From contig DATFJE010000114.1 of the NCBI GenBank assembly GCA_035269385.1, forward strand, positions 1-40,862: DNA of 40,862 nucleotides, written 5' to 3'. Under the pieces are notes generated by a model, which ran no database searches, had not been told where the DNA came from, and saw only the letters and a program-made list of their open reading frames with translations. The DNA comes from Clostridia bacterium. GTDB lineage: Bacteria > Bacillota > Clostridia > Peptostreptococcales > BM714. Below, piece by piece: positions 17,699-26,548 of this stretch. Position numbers and translations under genes: made by a program. How positions within the stretch are numbered: position 1 is the stretch's first letter; every line of letters begins with the position of its first letter.

Positions 17699-18046
17699 CT
17701 ATTTATGCCCCTCTTTTGGAACGATGCAAATGAATTTCAATCTGCCTTGTCCCATATTTCTGAACTGGTGGACAATCCCCGAAGGCACATATGCGTATCC
17801 GCCGGCTTTTATTTCGTGGACTGAATCTCCAACCTGTAGTTCGCCCCGACCTTCGATTATATAATTTATATGGGGCCAGTCATGCACATGTTTTGGGGAA
17901 AAACCGTCTTTACCTAATTCAAATTCTCTCATCACATGGTCCGCCCAACCTTCCTCCGGACCGATTAAAACTTTCATGAAAGCGTCTTTCGCTTCAGGAT
18001 TCGCGACTTTTATTTCTTCCACGGAATCCATATTGGAAACAATCAT
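17699..18046 (-). CDS. cupin-domain protein
   Basis: Cupin_2 metal motif PKHVHDWPHINYIIEGRGEL...GYAYVPSGIVHQFRN. GAGGTGA SD inside the end of the cyclase gene favours the ATG at 18044-18046; the track starts at the GTG at 18055. Confidence 0.8.
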   Translation of the reverse strand: MIVSNMDSVEEIKVANPEAKDAFMKVLIGPEEGWADHVMREFELGKDGFSPKHVHDWPHINYIIEGRGELQVGDSVHEIKAGGYAYVPSGIVHQFRNMGQGRLKFICIVPKEGHK

Positions 18047-18051
18047 GCGTA

Positions 18052-18720
18052 TCACCTCGCAATTTTTTCTTTATTATACACCATTTCGTTGAATTCGGTA
18101 AAATCTTTTATCAGCAATGCTCTTGCAGGAGCCGCCTCGGCGGCTTTAATTTTGAGTGGCAATACGATAAAGAAATATTCCCCGGGCAAGACATTTCCAA
18201 GTTCAAGCCCTTCTATTATCAAAATTCCTTCTTCAAGCAACATCTTATGGGTAGGATGTCCTTTCTGGTCTCTTTCTATTCCAAGAGCATCCACTCCCAC
18301 CCCCTTTAGTTTTTTCACTTTCAATATATTTGCCGCTGATTCATCGACGTAAATAAAGTCGTCAATCAGGGTCTCCAATGAATTTCGGGTCTTAAACAAA
18401 ACAAAATCAATCCCCTCGAAATCTATTTTTTCGATTTCCTTCTCCGTAATGGATTCTTGGATGTCTGTAAAATCGATTACTCGGCAAAGCCCCAAAAAAT
18501 TTTCCTGCGGAAGAGAAGCCGCATCGCAACCATCCTTCAGATAATGAAGCGGCGCATCGACATGAGTGCCTGTATGCAGGTTGATTTTGACAGAGCTTTC
18601 ATTGAAGCCGTCCTCTTCAAATATTTTTTCCATATAAAACTCCGGGGATTTCTCTTTTCTGTTTTTATATACGGGCATCCCCGACTCAATCGGCATCGTT
18701 ATGTCAATTATCTCCATCAT
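18052..18720 (-). CDS. cyclase-family protein (kynurenine formamidase-fold metal hydrolase)
   Basis: INLHTGTHVDAPLHYL is the HxGTHxDxPxH motif of the putative-cyclase family. ATGA start-stop overlap with zwf at 18717-18720. Confidence 0.85.
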   Translation of the reverse strand: MMEIIDITMPIESGMPVYKNRKEKSPEFYMEKIFEEDGFNESSVKINLHTGTHVDAPLHYLKDGCDAASLPQENFLGLCRVIDFTDIQESITEKEIEKIDFEGIDFVLFKTRNSLETLIDDFIYVDESAANILKVKKLKGVGVDALGIERDQKGHPTHKMLLEEGILIIEGLELGNVLPGEYFFIVLPLKIKAAEAAPARALLIKDFTEFNEMVYNKEKIAR

Positions 18721-20186
18721 TCCATCGCCTCCACTTCCCACCAGGCTCTCCCTTCTCTTTCAAGAAGCATTTCAGCTTCGGCAGGGCCTGATCCTCCTCC
18801 TTCATAAAAAAGCAATTGCCTATCCCGGTCAAGATACCTTTCAACCGAATCTACGAACGCCCATGATGCGGAAACTTCATCCCACTTGGCGAATCGCGAT
18901 TTCGACCCTTCTATCACATCGGAAATCAATCCCTCGTATGCCTTAGGGCTTCCATGTGGATCAAACGTGCAGCTCTGACAGAATTTCATGCTTACCGGCA
19001 TGATAATCTTATTTTCGCCAGGCCGCTTGATGTTGAATTTCAAATACACTCCCTGGTCAGGCTCAATCAGTATTGCAAGAAGATTTTTGCCGCCCCTGTC
19101 CTCGTAATCGCCAAAATAGCTGCAGGAATCCTTGAATTCCACAACGATATATGCCGATTTTTCTTTGAGCCTTTTTCCGGTCCTGAGAAAAAACGGCACA
19201 TCCTTCCACTCGTCACTTTCTATATTAACCTTAATGGCGGCAAAAGTTTCCGTCATGCTTTCCTCCGGTATTCCCGATTCCTGCCGGTATGCCATGTACT
19301 GGCCTATGACGCATTCATTTTCGGAGTCCTCTTTGCTGAACAAACGCAGAGATGAAAGCAATTCGGCTCTTTCTCCCTTTATCTCATCGTCGAGTCCGCA
19401 AGAAGGCTTTTTCATGGCCACAAGGGACAAAAGCTGCAAAAGATGGCTTTGAATCATATCCTTAATTGCCCCGTTCTTGTCGTAATAACCCCCCCGCTCC
19501 TTTATTCCGCTTGTTTCGGAAACGGTTATTTGAACATTGTCAATTGAATTCCTGTCCCAGAAGCCTTCAAATATCCGATTGGCAAACCTGATAACCATTA
19601 TGTTTTGTATCATTTCCTTTCCCAGATAATGGTCAATCCTGTATATCTGAGACTCTGCAAATACCGTCTTCAGCCTTTCATTGAGTTCTATGGCCGTATC
19701 AAGACTCGTTCCAAATGGCTTCTCCACAACGATGCGCTTCCATGCCGGCTTCTCCCTGTTCCATCCAAGTTTGCGTATGGAATCCGAAACCGACAAATAA
19801 AGATTTGGGGGTATAGAAAGAAAAAACATCATTTCCACTCTCGGTGGCGGCAAACTGCATAGCGATTCGACCATTTCGCTCAATTGTACATAGGACTCTT
19901 CAGACTCCATATCAATACTGCAATAATGGACATGGCGCAAAATACTATCATCCGACCCTCTTTCAGGTTTGCTTAAATAAATTGATCGTCTGACTTTTTC
20001 CCGCACTTGTTCAATGTCAAGTTTTTTTCTTCCAACCAATAACAATGCGGTTTTTTCCCCCCATGCTCCTGATTCGTACAATCCATGCAAAGCCGGCAAC
20101 ACCTTTCCAACTGCCAAATCGCCCGTACCGCCGAAAACAAAAAATATTCTTTCATACCCGCTCGTTTCCCTCTTTTTATTTTTCAT
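18717..20186 (-). CDS. zwf: glucose-6-phosphate 1-dehydrogenase
   Basis: FVFGGTGDLAVGKVLPAL (NADP fold), the active-site block RIDHYLGKE and EKPFG. GGAGGA SD before the ATG at 20184-20186, which lies inside the last 11 nt of gnd. Confidence 0.92.
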   Translation of the reverse strand: MKNKKRETSGYERIFFVFGGTGDLAVGKVLPALHGLYESGAWGEKTALLLVGRKKLDIEQVREKVRRSIYLSKPERGSDDSILRHVHYCSIDMESEESYVQLSEMVESLCSLPPPRVEMMFFLSIPPNLYLSVSDSIRKLGWNREKPAWKRIVVEKPFGTSLDTAIELNERLKTVFAESQIYRIDHYLGKEMIQNIMVIRFANRIFEGFWDRNSIDNVQITVSETSGIKERGGYYDKNGAIKDMIQSHLLQLLSLVAMKKPSCGLDDEIKGERAELLSSLRLFSKEDSENECVIGQYMAYRQESGIPEESMTETFAAIKVNIESDEWKDVPFFLRTGKRLKEKSAYIVVEFKDSCSYFGDYEDRGGKNLLAILIEPDQGVYLKFNIKRPGENKIIMPVSMKFCQSCTFDPHGSPKAYEGLISDVIEGSKSRFAKWDEVSASWAFVDSVERYLDRDRQLLFYEGGGSGPAEAEMLLEREGRAWWEVEAME

Positions 20187-21072
20187 GAATCGGGTGTCCT
20201 CCGAAAACATTCCTTAAAGCAGCCAACACTTTCCCCGAGTAGGTCTCTTCCTTCATCGACCTGTATCTTTCAAGAAGAGAAAGCGAAATAACCGGAGCCG
20301 ACACTTTTTTTTCCAATGCCTCCTCAACAGTCCATCTGCCCTCTCCGGAAGCATCGACCTTTCCTATTATGCCCGAAAGGTCGCCGTGGACCACAAATGC
20401 GTTTTTCATTGTTTCCATAAGGTAGCCTTCTATTATCGACCCGTTGTTCCATATCTCAGTCAAGGCTTCGAAGTTGATGTAATAATCGCTTTTCTCCATT
20501 ATTTCGAATCCTTCTCCCATTGCCTGCATCATACCGTACTCTATGCCGTTGTGAATCATCTTGACATAATGGCCGCTTCCATAAGTACCTATGTAGCCAT
20601 ACCCGTTGGGCATGCATAATGCTTCCAAAACAGGCTGTATTCGCACGTAGGCTTTTTCCGTTCCTCCAACCATCATGCAGGCGCCACGCCTCGCCCCGGT
20701 AATTCCTCCGCTCGTTCCCACATCCACGAATTCTATTTCATTGGCATTCAGAGCCTTTGCACGCCTTATGCTGTCTTTGTAGTGTGAATTTCCGCCGTCG
20801 ACTATTATATCCCCTTTATCAAGATGTTTTTCGAGTTCACCTATAATATCGTCTACAGCTGTTCCTTGCGTAACCATTATCCATATGATTCTGGGACTGT
20901 CCAATTTTTCAACGAGGTTTTCAATGCTAAAAGCCATGCCGGCACCGAAAGAAACCATTTCTCTCGACTTTTCATTGTCCCTGTTGTATACAGTGATATC
21001 AAAACCATGATCTAAAAGATTCAAGCATAGATTCCATCCCATTTTTCCGAGTCCTATCCACCCAATTTCCAT
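20176..21072 (-). CDS. gnd: 6-phosphogluconate dehydrogenase, decarboxylating, short (about 300 aa, GntZ/YqeC-like) form
   Basis: MEIGWIGLGKMGWNLCLNL Rossmann fold, GGNSHYKDS and GSGHYVKMIHNGIEYGMMQA blocks. 298 aa. AGGAGG SD. Confidence 0.9.
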   Translation of the reverse strand: MEIGWIGLGKMGWNLCLNLLDHGFDITVYNRDNEKSREMVSFGAGMAFSIENLVEKLDSPRIIWIMVTQGTAVDDIIGELEKHLDKGDIIVDGGNSHYKDSIRRAKALNANEIEFVDVGTSGGITGARRGACMMVGGTEKAYVRIQPVLEALCMPNGYGYIGTYGSGHYVKMIHNGIEYGMMQAMGEGFEIMEKSDYYINFEALTEIWNNGSIIEGYLMETMKNAFVVHGDLSGIIGKVDASGEGRWTVEEALEKKVSAPVISLSLLERYRSMKEETYSGKVLAALRNVFGGHPIHEK

Positions 21073-21190
21073 ATATAGCCACCTCCTATGTTTTTTTTAC
21101 CCCTTGAATTTAAAAATACGCTCAAAAGTCTTATTTTGATTCAAACAGAGTGATATACTTACTGTGACGAATTTCTAAGGAGGCATGTCC

Positions 21191-22102
21191 ATGGATTTCA
21201 AGCAACTTGAAGCTTTTGTAGCAATTGCAAAACATAAAAGTTTTTCCAAAGCTGCAGAATCGCTTTATATAACACAACCCACAATCAGCACACACATAAA
21301 AAATCTGGAATATGAATTGAATGCAACCCTTATCAACAGGTCTTCAAAAAAAATCCATCTCACCCAGGCCGGCACAATTCTTCACAAATACGCCGTGGAT
21401 ATCTTGAACAAACGCGATTATGCAATTTATTCCCTAAACGATTACAATGGAAAGATAGAGGGCCTTTTGGAGATTTCAGCCAGTTCGGTTCCAGAAGAAC
21501 ATTTGTTGCCTGAAATGCTGAAATCTTTCAATGAAATTTTCCCGAATGTGCATTACAGGATTTCAAAATACGATTCGGGCGTAATCTTGAAAAAAATCGT
21601 TCAGGGAGAAATAAATTTCGGAATAGTTGGTTCAAAAACGGATTCCGGAAAACTGGAATACATCAGAATAATGAGCGATGAAATTATTTTGGCGGCGCCA
21701 TCCACTGAAATGTACTCATCGATTGATGAGATCAATCCCGGAGATTTGAAAGCCTTCAAATTCATATTGCGTGAAAAGGGCTCCGGTACACGGAAAGCCC
21801 TTGAGGATGCCCTGTCAAAACACGGTATTTCATTGTCCGACCTTTCTGTAAGCGCTTTTATTGAAAACAACAGAACAATTGTCGAATGTCTTAAAAAGGA
21901 CATGGGCATTACTTTCCTGTCGAAGAATGTGGTTGCAAATGACCTCGAAGACGGATCGGTCATAAGGATTCCGTTAAGGGGCATGGATATAAAACGAGAC
22001 TTCTATTTTGTATACAACCGGACAATGGCCCTTTCACCTCTTGCCGAAGCCTTCAAAAACTTCGTGTTGCACAGGGTGGACCAAATCGACCTGCAAAAAT
22101 AA
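21191..22102 (+). CDS. LysR-family transcriptional regulator
   Basis: FKQLEAFVAIAKHKSFSKAAESLYITQPTISTHIKNLE is the canonical LysR HTH. Divergent from gnd-zwf. AAGGAGG SD is best spaced for the second ATG (21191). Confidence 0.9.
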   Translation: MDFKQLEAFVAIAKHKSFSKAAESLYITQPTISTHIKNLEYELNATLINRSSKKIHLTQAGTILHKYAVDILNKRDYAIYSLNDYNGKIEGLLEISASSVPEEHLLPEMLKSFNEIFPNVHYRISKYDSGVILKKIVQGEINFGIVGSKTDSGKLEYIRIMSDEIILAAPSTEMYSSIDEINPGDLKAFKFILREKGSGTRKALEDALSKHGISLSDLSVSAFIENNRTIVECLKKDMGITFLSKNVVANDLEDGSVIRIPLRGMDIKRDFYFVYNRTMALSPLAEAFKNFVLHRVDQIDLQK

Positions 22103-22105
22103 AAA

Positions 22106-22138
22106 ATCCCGGAAGAAAATTTCTTCCGGGATCTTTTG
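22106..22138. terminator. bidirectional terminator between the convergent LysR and TVP38 genes
   Basis: ATCCCGGAAGA-AAAT-TTCTTCCGGGAT flanked by an A run and a T run. Confidence 0.7.
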
Positions 22139-22144
22139 TTTCAT

Positions 22145-22765
22145 TTAAAATTTGTAGTGCTTCTTTTCATATCTTTCCAATATCAACTTTGAGACATACC
22201 CTATGAGCAGCATAAGAGTTATTAAAAGTATTGAACGTACGGGATTATCATAAATCGCCTTGAAATTATATCCTATTATGCTGAGAAAAAAAATCATCAC
22301 GAGTTTGCCCGCAAGAGTTGCGGCAACAAACCGTTCAGTAGACAAATCCGACAAGGCCGCTATGAATGAAACCAAAAAGCTTGGTGTAAATGGAAAACAA
22401 TATAAAAGGAAAAAAGGCGCGAATCCCCTTTCTCTTATTTTCACCAGTCTGCCTGCCGTTTTATCGTTTGCATAAATTTTGTTGAAAAGTCCATGGTTGC
22501 CGAAATTTCGCAAAAGCAAAAAAACCAGTATGGTACCTGCCGACGTCCCTATCCATGAATATACATACCCCCATACAAAACCGAACACAAAAACATTCAC
22601 CGTCACAAAAAGAACCAAGGGAAGAAAGGGCAGAAAGGCTTCAATGGAAACAAGTCCGATTCCCAATACAAAACCGAAACCCCTCAAATACTCGATTGCC
22701 GCAACAAGGTTTTCTTCTGAAATATATGTCATAGCTTCTTTTATAAAACCTGTGAGCATATCCAT
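22145..22765 (-). CDS. TVP38/TMEM64 (DedA-related) family membrane protein
   Basis: EAFLPFLPLVLFVTVNVFVFGFVWGYVYSWIGTSAGTILVFLLLRNFG matches the family core. The start is uncertain; the first ATG is at 22810 and I chose MDMLTGF at 22765. Confidence 0.7.
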   Translation of the reverse strand: MDMLTGFIKEAMTYISEENLVAAIEYLRGFGFVLGIGLVSIEAFLPFLPLVLFVTVNVFVFGFVWGYVYSWIGTSAGTILVFLLLRNFGNHGLFNKIYANDKTAGRLVKIRERGFAPFFLLYCFPFTPSFLVSFIAALSDLSTERFVAATLAGKLVMIFFLSIIGYNFKAIYDNPVRSILLITLMLLIGYVSKLILERYEKKHYKF

Positions 22766-22850
22766 GCGGCAATTCCTCCAATCATGTCTTATATTTTGAA
22801 TATACCACAAAAGTTCGATCAGGAAACCCTTGCTTCATGGAAGAATCGAT

Positions 22851-23816
22851 TCAAATCCCATCAATGTCAGTGAAATGGCCGCATATCCTTTTTTCATGCC
22901 AAAACGGGCCATTGCCGATGCTGGAAAAACCAACATGTCCCCCGAACTTGGTGACTATCCAGTCTATGTAATCATTTTCTCTTGCTTCATTTTCATCGGG
23001 ATAGCATTCTTTCCCCAAAAACGGGTCGTCCAAAGCGTTTATTATCAATACCGGAATACTGATTCCCCTAAGGTATGGCTTCGAGCTTGCCTTTTCGTAA
23101 TATTCGTTCGAATCGCTGAAACCGTGGAGAACCGAGGTGTATCTGTCATCATACTCTTTCAAGGTCTTTATTTTTTTAAAATCGGAAAGATTGATTTTGT
23201 CCGGATGCAATTCTTTCTTTCTTGCCAGGGTCTTTCCGAGTTTTTTCAGGAATCTCTTTCTGTATATAAAGTTTCCAGAGGAATCCAAAGCTTTCGAAGC
23301 GGATGCCAAGTCGCATGGCACGGATACTGCGGCTGCTTTCGAAATTCCATAACCGCTTTTTGCATTCGTCCCCTCTTCCCCCAGAAATTTCAGAAGAACA
23401 TTTGCACCAAGGCTGAATCCCACCATAAAAATGTTCTCATAATCCATTTCATTGGAAATCTGGCGGATAATTTGCCTCACATCCTCCGTATCGCCGCTGT
23501 GGTAAAAACGCAAAAGCCGGTTCGGTTCACCGCCACAGCCCCTGAAATTAACGCACATCGCATCTATTCCCGAATCGTTCAAAGCTTTCGCCATACCCTT
23601 CATATAAGGTCTTCCGGCGCTTGATTCCAATCCATGGAGGATTACAGCAAGCGACTTTCCTCCTGTAAATGACAAATCGAGATCCAAAAAATCCCCGTCT
23701 TCGAGTTCAAATTTTTTTCGTACATAAATCAGGTCCGAAACATTTCGGACCTGGGAATGGTATACAGTATTTACGTGTGCGTTCCTGAAAATTCTCTGTG
23801 GCTTATAAGCAGTCAT
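22851..23816 (-). CDS. alpha/beta hydrolase, YheT/ABHD1-3-like
   Basis: FRNAHVNTVY...LAVILHGLESS...NFRGCGG...MVGFSLGANVL (nucleophile elbow GxSxG) ...GGHVGF. The chosen ATG (23814-23816) lies within the last 14 nt of the upstream small gene. Confidence 0.8.
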   Translation of the reverse strand: MTAYKPQRIFRNAHVNTVYHSQVRNVSDLIYVRKKFELEDGDFLDLDLSFTGGKSLAVILHGLESSAGRPYMKGMAKALNDSGIDAMCVNFRGCGGEPNRLLRFYHSGDTEDVRQIIRQISNEMDYENIFMVGFSLGANVLLKFLGEEGTNAKSGYGISKAAAVSVPCDLASASKALDSSGNFIYRKRFLKKLGKTLARKKELHPDKINLSDFKKIKTLKEYDDRYTSVLHGFSDSNEYYEKASSKPYLRGISIPVLIINALDDPFLGKECYPDENEARENDYIDWIVTKFGGHVGFSSIGNGPFWHEKRICGHFTDIDGI

Positions 23817-23988
23817 CGCCCTCGTCACCGCCTTTTGAATTTTCTTCTCTGTATCCGCAGGACTTTGCACAAGTTCCGCATCCACCCGGGCATTGACCTT
23901 TTTTTACTCTATTGATATTTTTCCATATTACATAAGCGGCATACGATATGAGAACCGCCGCTATTGCCAATGTAAGAATCTGTCCCAT
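23803..23988 (-). CDS. FeoB-associated Cys-rich small membrane protein
   Basis: 61 aa with one TM helix, then KKGQCPGGCGTCAKSCG. Lies immediately (10 nt) downstream of feoB, as is typical of this family. Confidence 0.75.
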   Translation of the reverse strand: MGQILTLAIAAVLISYAAYVIWKNINRVKKGQCPGGCGTCAKSCGYREENSKGGDEGDDCL

Positions 23989-23997
23989 CGAGCCCTC

Positions 23998-26004
23998 CTA
24001 TCCGACAAACAAACTGCCGATTTGGTATACTCCAAAGGCTATAACCCAAGCCAATGTCAATTGATAAACTACTGAAAATCCTGTCCATTTCCATGATCCG
24101 GTTTCCTTTTTTATTACGCTGATGACACCAATGCAAGGAATGTACAACAGTACATAAACCATAAAGCTGTATGCGCTGAGGGAAGTGAATGAGGCCGAAA
24201 GAGCATCAACAAGACCAACACCGCTGCCCGCACCCGCGCCATATGCAATCGACATGTTGCTTACTATGACTTCCTTTGCCACTACGCCTGTCAAAAGAGA
24301 AAGCGCCGCTCTCCAATTGCCGAATCCCAGGGGGGCAAACATTGGAGCCAAAAACTTCCCGACCGATGCCGCAAAGCTGTCCGTAAAGGCTGCCGGACCT
24401 CCCAAATTGTAGTTGAGCAAAAACCATATCACTATTGAAGCGGCGAATATCAAGGTTCCGGCCTTTACAATAAATTCCTTGACTCTTTCCCATACATGGA
24501 TTCCGATTCCCTTAGCAGTCGGTATCCTGTAGGGAGGCAACTCTATAAGAAGTGGTATGGGTTCACTTTTAAAGAAGGTCCTCTTGAAAACAAACGCCAC
24601 CATTACTGCGACTGCTATTCCTATGAAATAAAGCGAAAATACCACCATCGACTTGTTCTTCGGGAAAAAAGCCGATGCAAAAAGTGTATAGACCGGCAAC
24701 CTGGCCGAACACGATATGAATGGATTTATCAATATCGCCGTCATCCTGTCCTGTTTGTTCTCGAGTGTGCGAGTGCTCATTATTGCCGGGACATTGCATC
24801 CGAAGCCCAGCACCATTGGTATGAAAGCCTTTCCGGACAAACCTATTCTTCTCATAGTCCTGTCCATTATGAAAGCAACTCTGGCCATATAACCGCTGTC
24901 TTCAAGGATAGATATCGCAAAGAAAAGCGTTGCGATATTCGGCAAAAATACCAATATGCCTCCGACACCGCCTATTATGCCCTCTACTACCAAAGATACA
25001 AGCCAGTCCGAAACATTTGCTCCCGAGAGCCATTGCAATGCAGCATTTGCCAGTATTTCAGAAAAGAACACATCGACCATATCGAGAAGCCTGTTTCCCA
25101 CAACATCGAATGTAAATGCGAAGACGCCAAGCATTATCAATATGAAAATTGGCAACCCAAGATATCTGTTCATTACTATTCTGTCTATCTTGTCTGAAAC
25201 CGTTTCCTTGTCCCTACTCTTGTCGATCACTATTTTATCAACAAGTTCATTTATGAATTCATACTTTTTTTTGACAATCAATTCTTCGTATCTTTCACCA
25301 TGGCTGTTTTCCGGATCAAGGTATGCCTTTTGTCCCGACCCCATTAGGTTCATTATCTCTAAATCCTCTTCGATGACCCTAAGAGAAAGCCACCTGTGGT
25401 TGAACCTGTTCAGACATGCCAAATGGTCGATCAATTTATGCGTATCGACTATTTTATTTTCGATATCTGTTCCGTAATCTACTTCTATCGGAGAATACCC
25501 ATATGATTTTTTTGCCGTTTCAACAACCGCATCAAGCAGTTGTCCTTTATCCCCCATCTTTGAAGCTGTGATTGGAACAACAGGAGCATTCAATTTTTTT
25601 GAAAGCGCCTCAACGTCTATGCCTATGCCTTTTTTCTCAACAACATCCATCATGTTGAGTGCTATTACAACAGGTCTGCCCATTTCTATCAATTGTATCG
25701 TCAGGTAAAGATTCCTCTCAAGGTTTGAAGCGTCTACTATGTTTAGTATCACATCCGGCTTCTCGTCTATGATGTATTTTCTTGTAACTATTTCCTCCAT
25801 CGTATACGGAGAAATGCTGTAGATTCCCGGCAGGTCTGTCAAAAGAATGTTTTCTTCTCCATGCTTGAAGCTGCCTTCCTTTTTTTCAACAGTTACTCCC
25901 GGCCAATTGCCCACATAATGTCTGGCGCCCGTCAACTCATTGAACAAAGTCGTTTTTCCGCTGTTTGGATTGCCGGCAAGCGCCACCTTTATTTGCTTAT
26001 CCAT
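23998..26004 (-). CDS. feoB: ferrous iron transporter FeoB
   Basis: 668 aa. G-domain VALAGNPNSGKTTLFNELTG...DLPGIYS followed by the polytopic gate domains. Confidence 0.95.
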   Translation of the reverse strand: MDKQIKVALAGNPNSGKTTLFNELTGARHYVGNWPGVTVEKKEGSFKHGEENILLTDLPGIYSISPYTMEEIVTRKYIIDEKPDVILNIVDASNLERNLYLTIQLIEMGRPVVIALNMMDVVEKKGIGIDVEALSKKLNAPVVPITASKMGDKGQLLDAVVETAKKSYGYSPIEVDYGTDIENKIVDTHKLIDHLACLNRFNHRWLSLRVIEEDLEIMNLMGSGQKAYLDPENSHGERYEELIVKKKYEFINELVDKIVIDKSRDKETVSDKIDRIVMNRYLGLPIFILIMLGVFAFTFDVVGNRLLDMVDVFFSEILANAALQWLSGANVSDWLVSLVVEGIIGGVGGILVFLPNIATLFFAISILEDSGYMARVAFIMDRTMRRIGLSGKAFIPMVLGFGCNVPAIMSTRTLENKQDRMTAILINPFISCSARLPVYTLFASAFFPKNKSMVVFSLYFIGIAVAVMVAFVFKRTFFKSEPIPLLIELPPYRIPTAKGIGIHVWERVKEFIVKAGTLIFAASIVIWFLLNYNLGGPAAFTDSFAASVGKFLAPMFAPLGFGNWRAALSLLTGVVAKEVIVSNMSIAYGAGAGSGVGLVDALSASFTSLSAYSFMVYVLLYIPCIGVISVIKKETGSWKWTGFSVVYQLTLAWVIAFGVYQIGSLFVG

Positions 26005-26014
26005 TTACCTACTC

Positions 26015-26242
26015 CTATTCCCCTGAATTTCTAACTTCTATTTTTTCACTTATACCCTTGCCCAGTACCAGTCTTGATCCCCTCACACTTATGACTATGG
26101 CGCTGCCCGGTTCACTTGAAATCACCTTTACTTTGACTCCCGGCGTCAACCCCATGTTGTATAACCTCATTTTAAGATTTCTTCCTGAATGTATACTGTC
26201 AATTATTACAAAGGAATCGGCTTCCGCTTCTGCAATAACCAT
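26015..26242 (-). CDS. feoA: FeoA-family protein
   Basis: 75 aa with an SH3-like FeoA pattern ...RLYNMGLTPGVKVKVIS..GSAIVISVRGSRLVLGKG. GGAGG SD. Confidence 0.85.
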   Translation of the reverse strand: MVIAEAEADSFVIIDSIHSGRNLKMRLYNMGLTPGVKVKVISSEPGSAIVISVRGSRLVLGKGISEKIEVRNSGE

Positions 26243-26269
26243 TAATCCGCCTCCGTTCTATCTTGATAT

Positions 26270-26284
26270 TGATAATCATTATCA
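26270..26284. promoter_or_regulatory. Fur box
   Basis: TGATAATCATTATCA is a perfect 7-1-7 palindrome identical to the consensus TGATAATnATTATCA. It lies between the predicted -10 and the feoA RBS. Confidence 0.7.
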
Positions 26285-26297
26285 ATGCCTATGAATA

Positions 26298-26326
26298 ATT
26301 TTACCACCCTTTTCGATGGTTGTAAA
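26298..26326 (-). promoter_or_regulatory. sigma-70-type promoter of the feo operon
   Basis: The minus strand reads TTTACA-17 nt-TAAAAT. The Fur box starts about 13 nt downstream of the -10. Confidence 0.5.
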
Positions 26327-26425
26327 GAGTTCTATTAAAATAATGTTCTCTAATATTATGCCACCATTTTGAACATATGTCCATAATAAGATCGTCCTTT
26401 ATTGGCAGTCTTGTGTGCTTAGGGT

Positions 26426-26470
26426 AAAAAAAAAGAATCGCACCGCATTTGATTTCGGTCCAATTCTTTT
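26426..26470 (-). terminator. Rho-independent terminator after the DUF1295 gene
   Basis: The minus strand has an imperfect 13-bp stem (AAGAATTGGACCG / CGGTGCGATTCTT, 11 of 13 paired) followed by T9. Confidence 0.6.
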
Positions 26471-26548
26471 TAAAACACAGCTTCTATTAAATCGAGTCTC
26501 AAAAGCCAAAGCCCTACCATTGAAATTTTCAGACATCATGACGATTCT

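Noticed and set aside
22830-23624. 264-aa plus-strand ORF, one of the longest in the track
   Set aside because: It is fully nested antisense to the alpha/beta hydrolase gene, which has clear family motifs. It has no SD, a Phe/Ile/Arg-rich low-complexity composition and no recognisable domain. I treat it as a shadow ORF.
24496-25197. 233-aa plus-strand ORF inside feoB
   Set aside because: It is antisense to an unambiguous FeoB coding region. The Tyr/Arg/Cys/His-rich composition is typical of the reverse frame of a membrane-protein gene.
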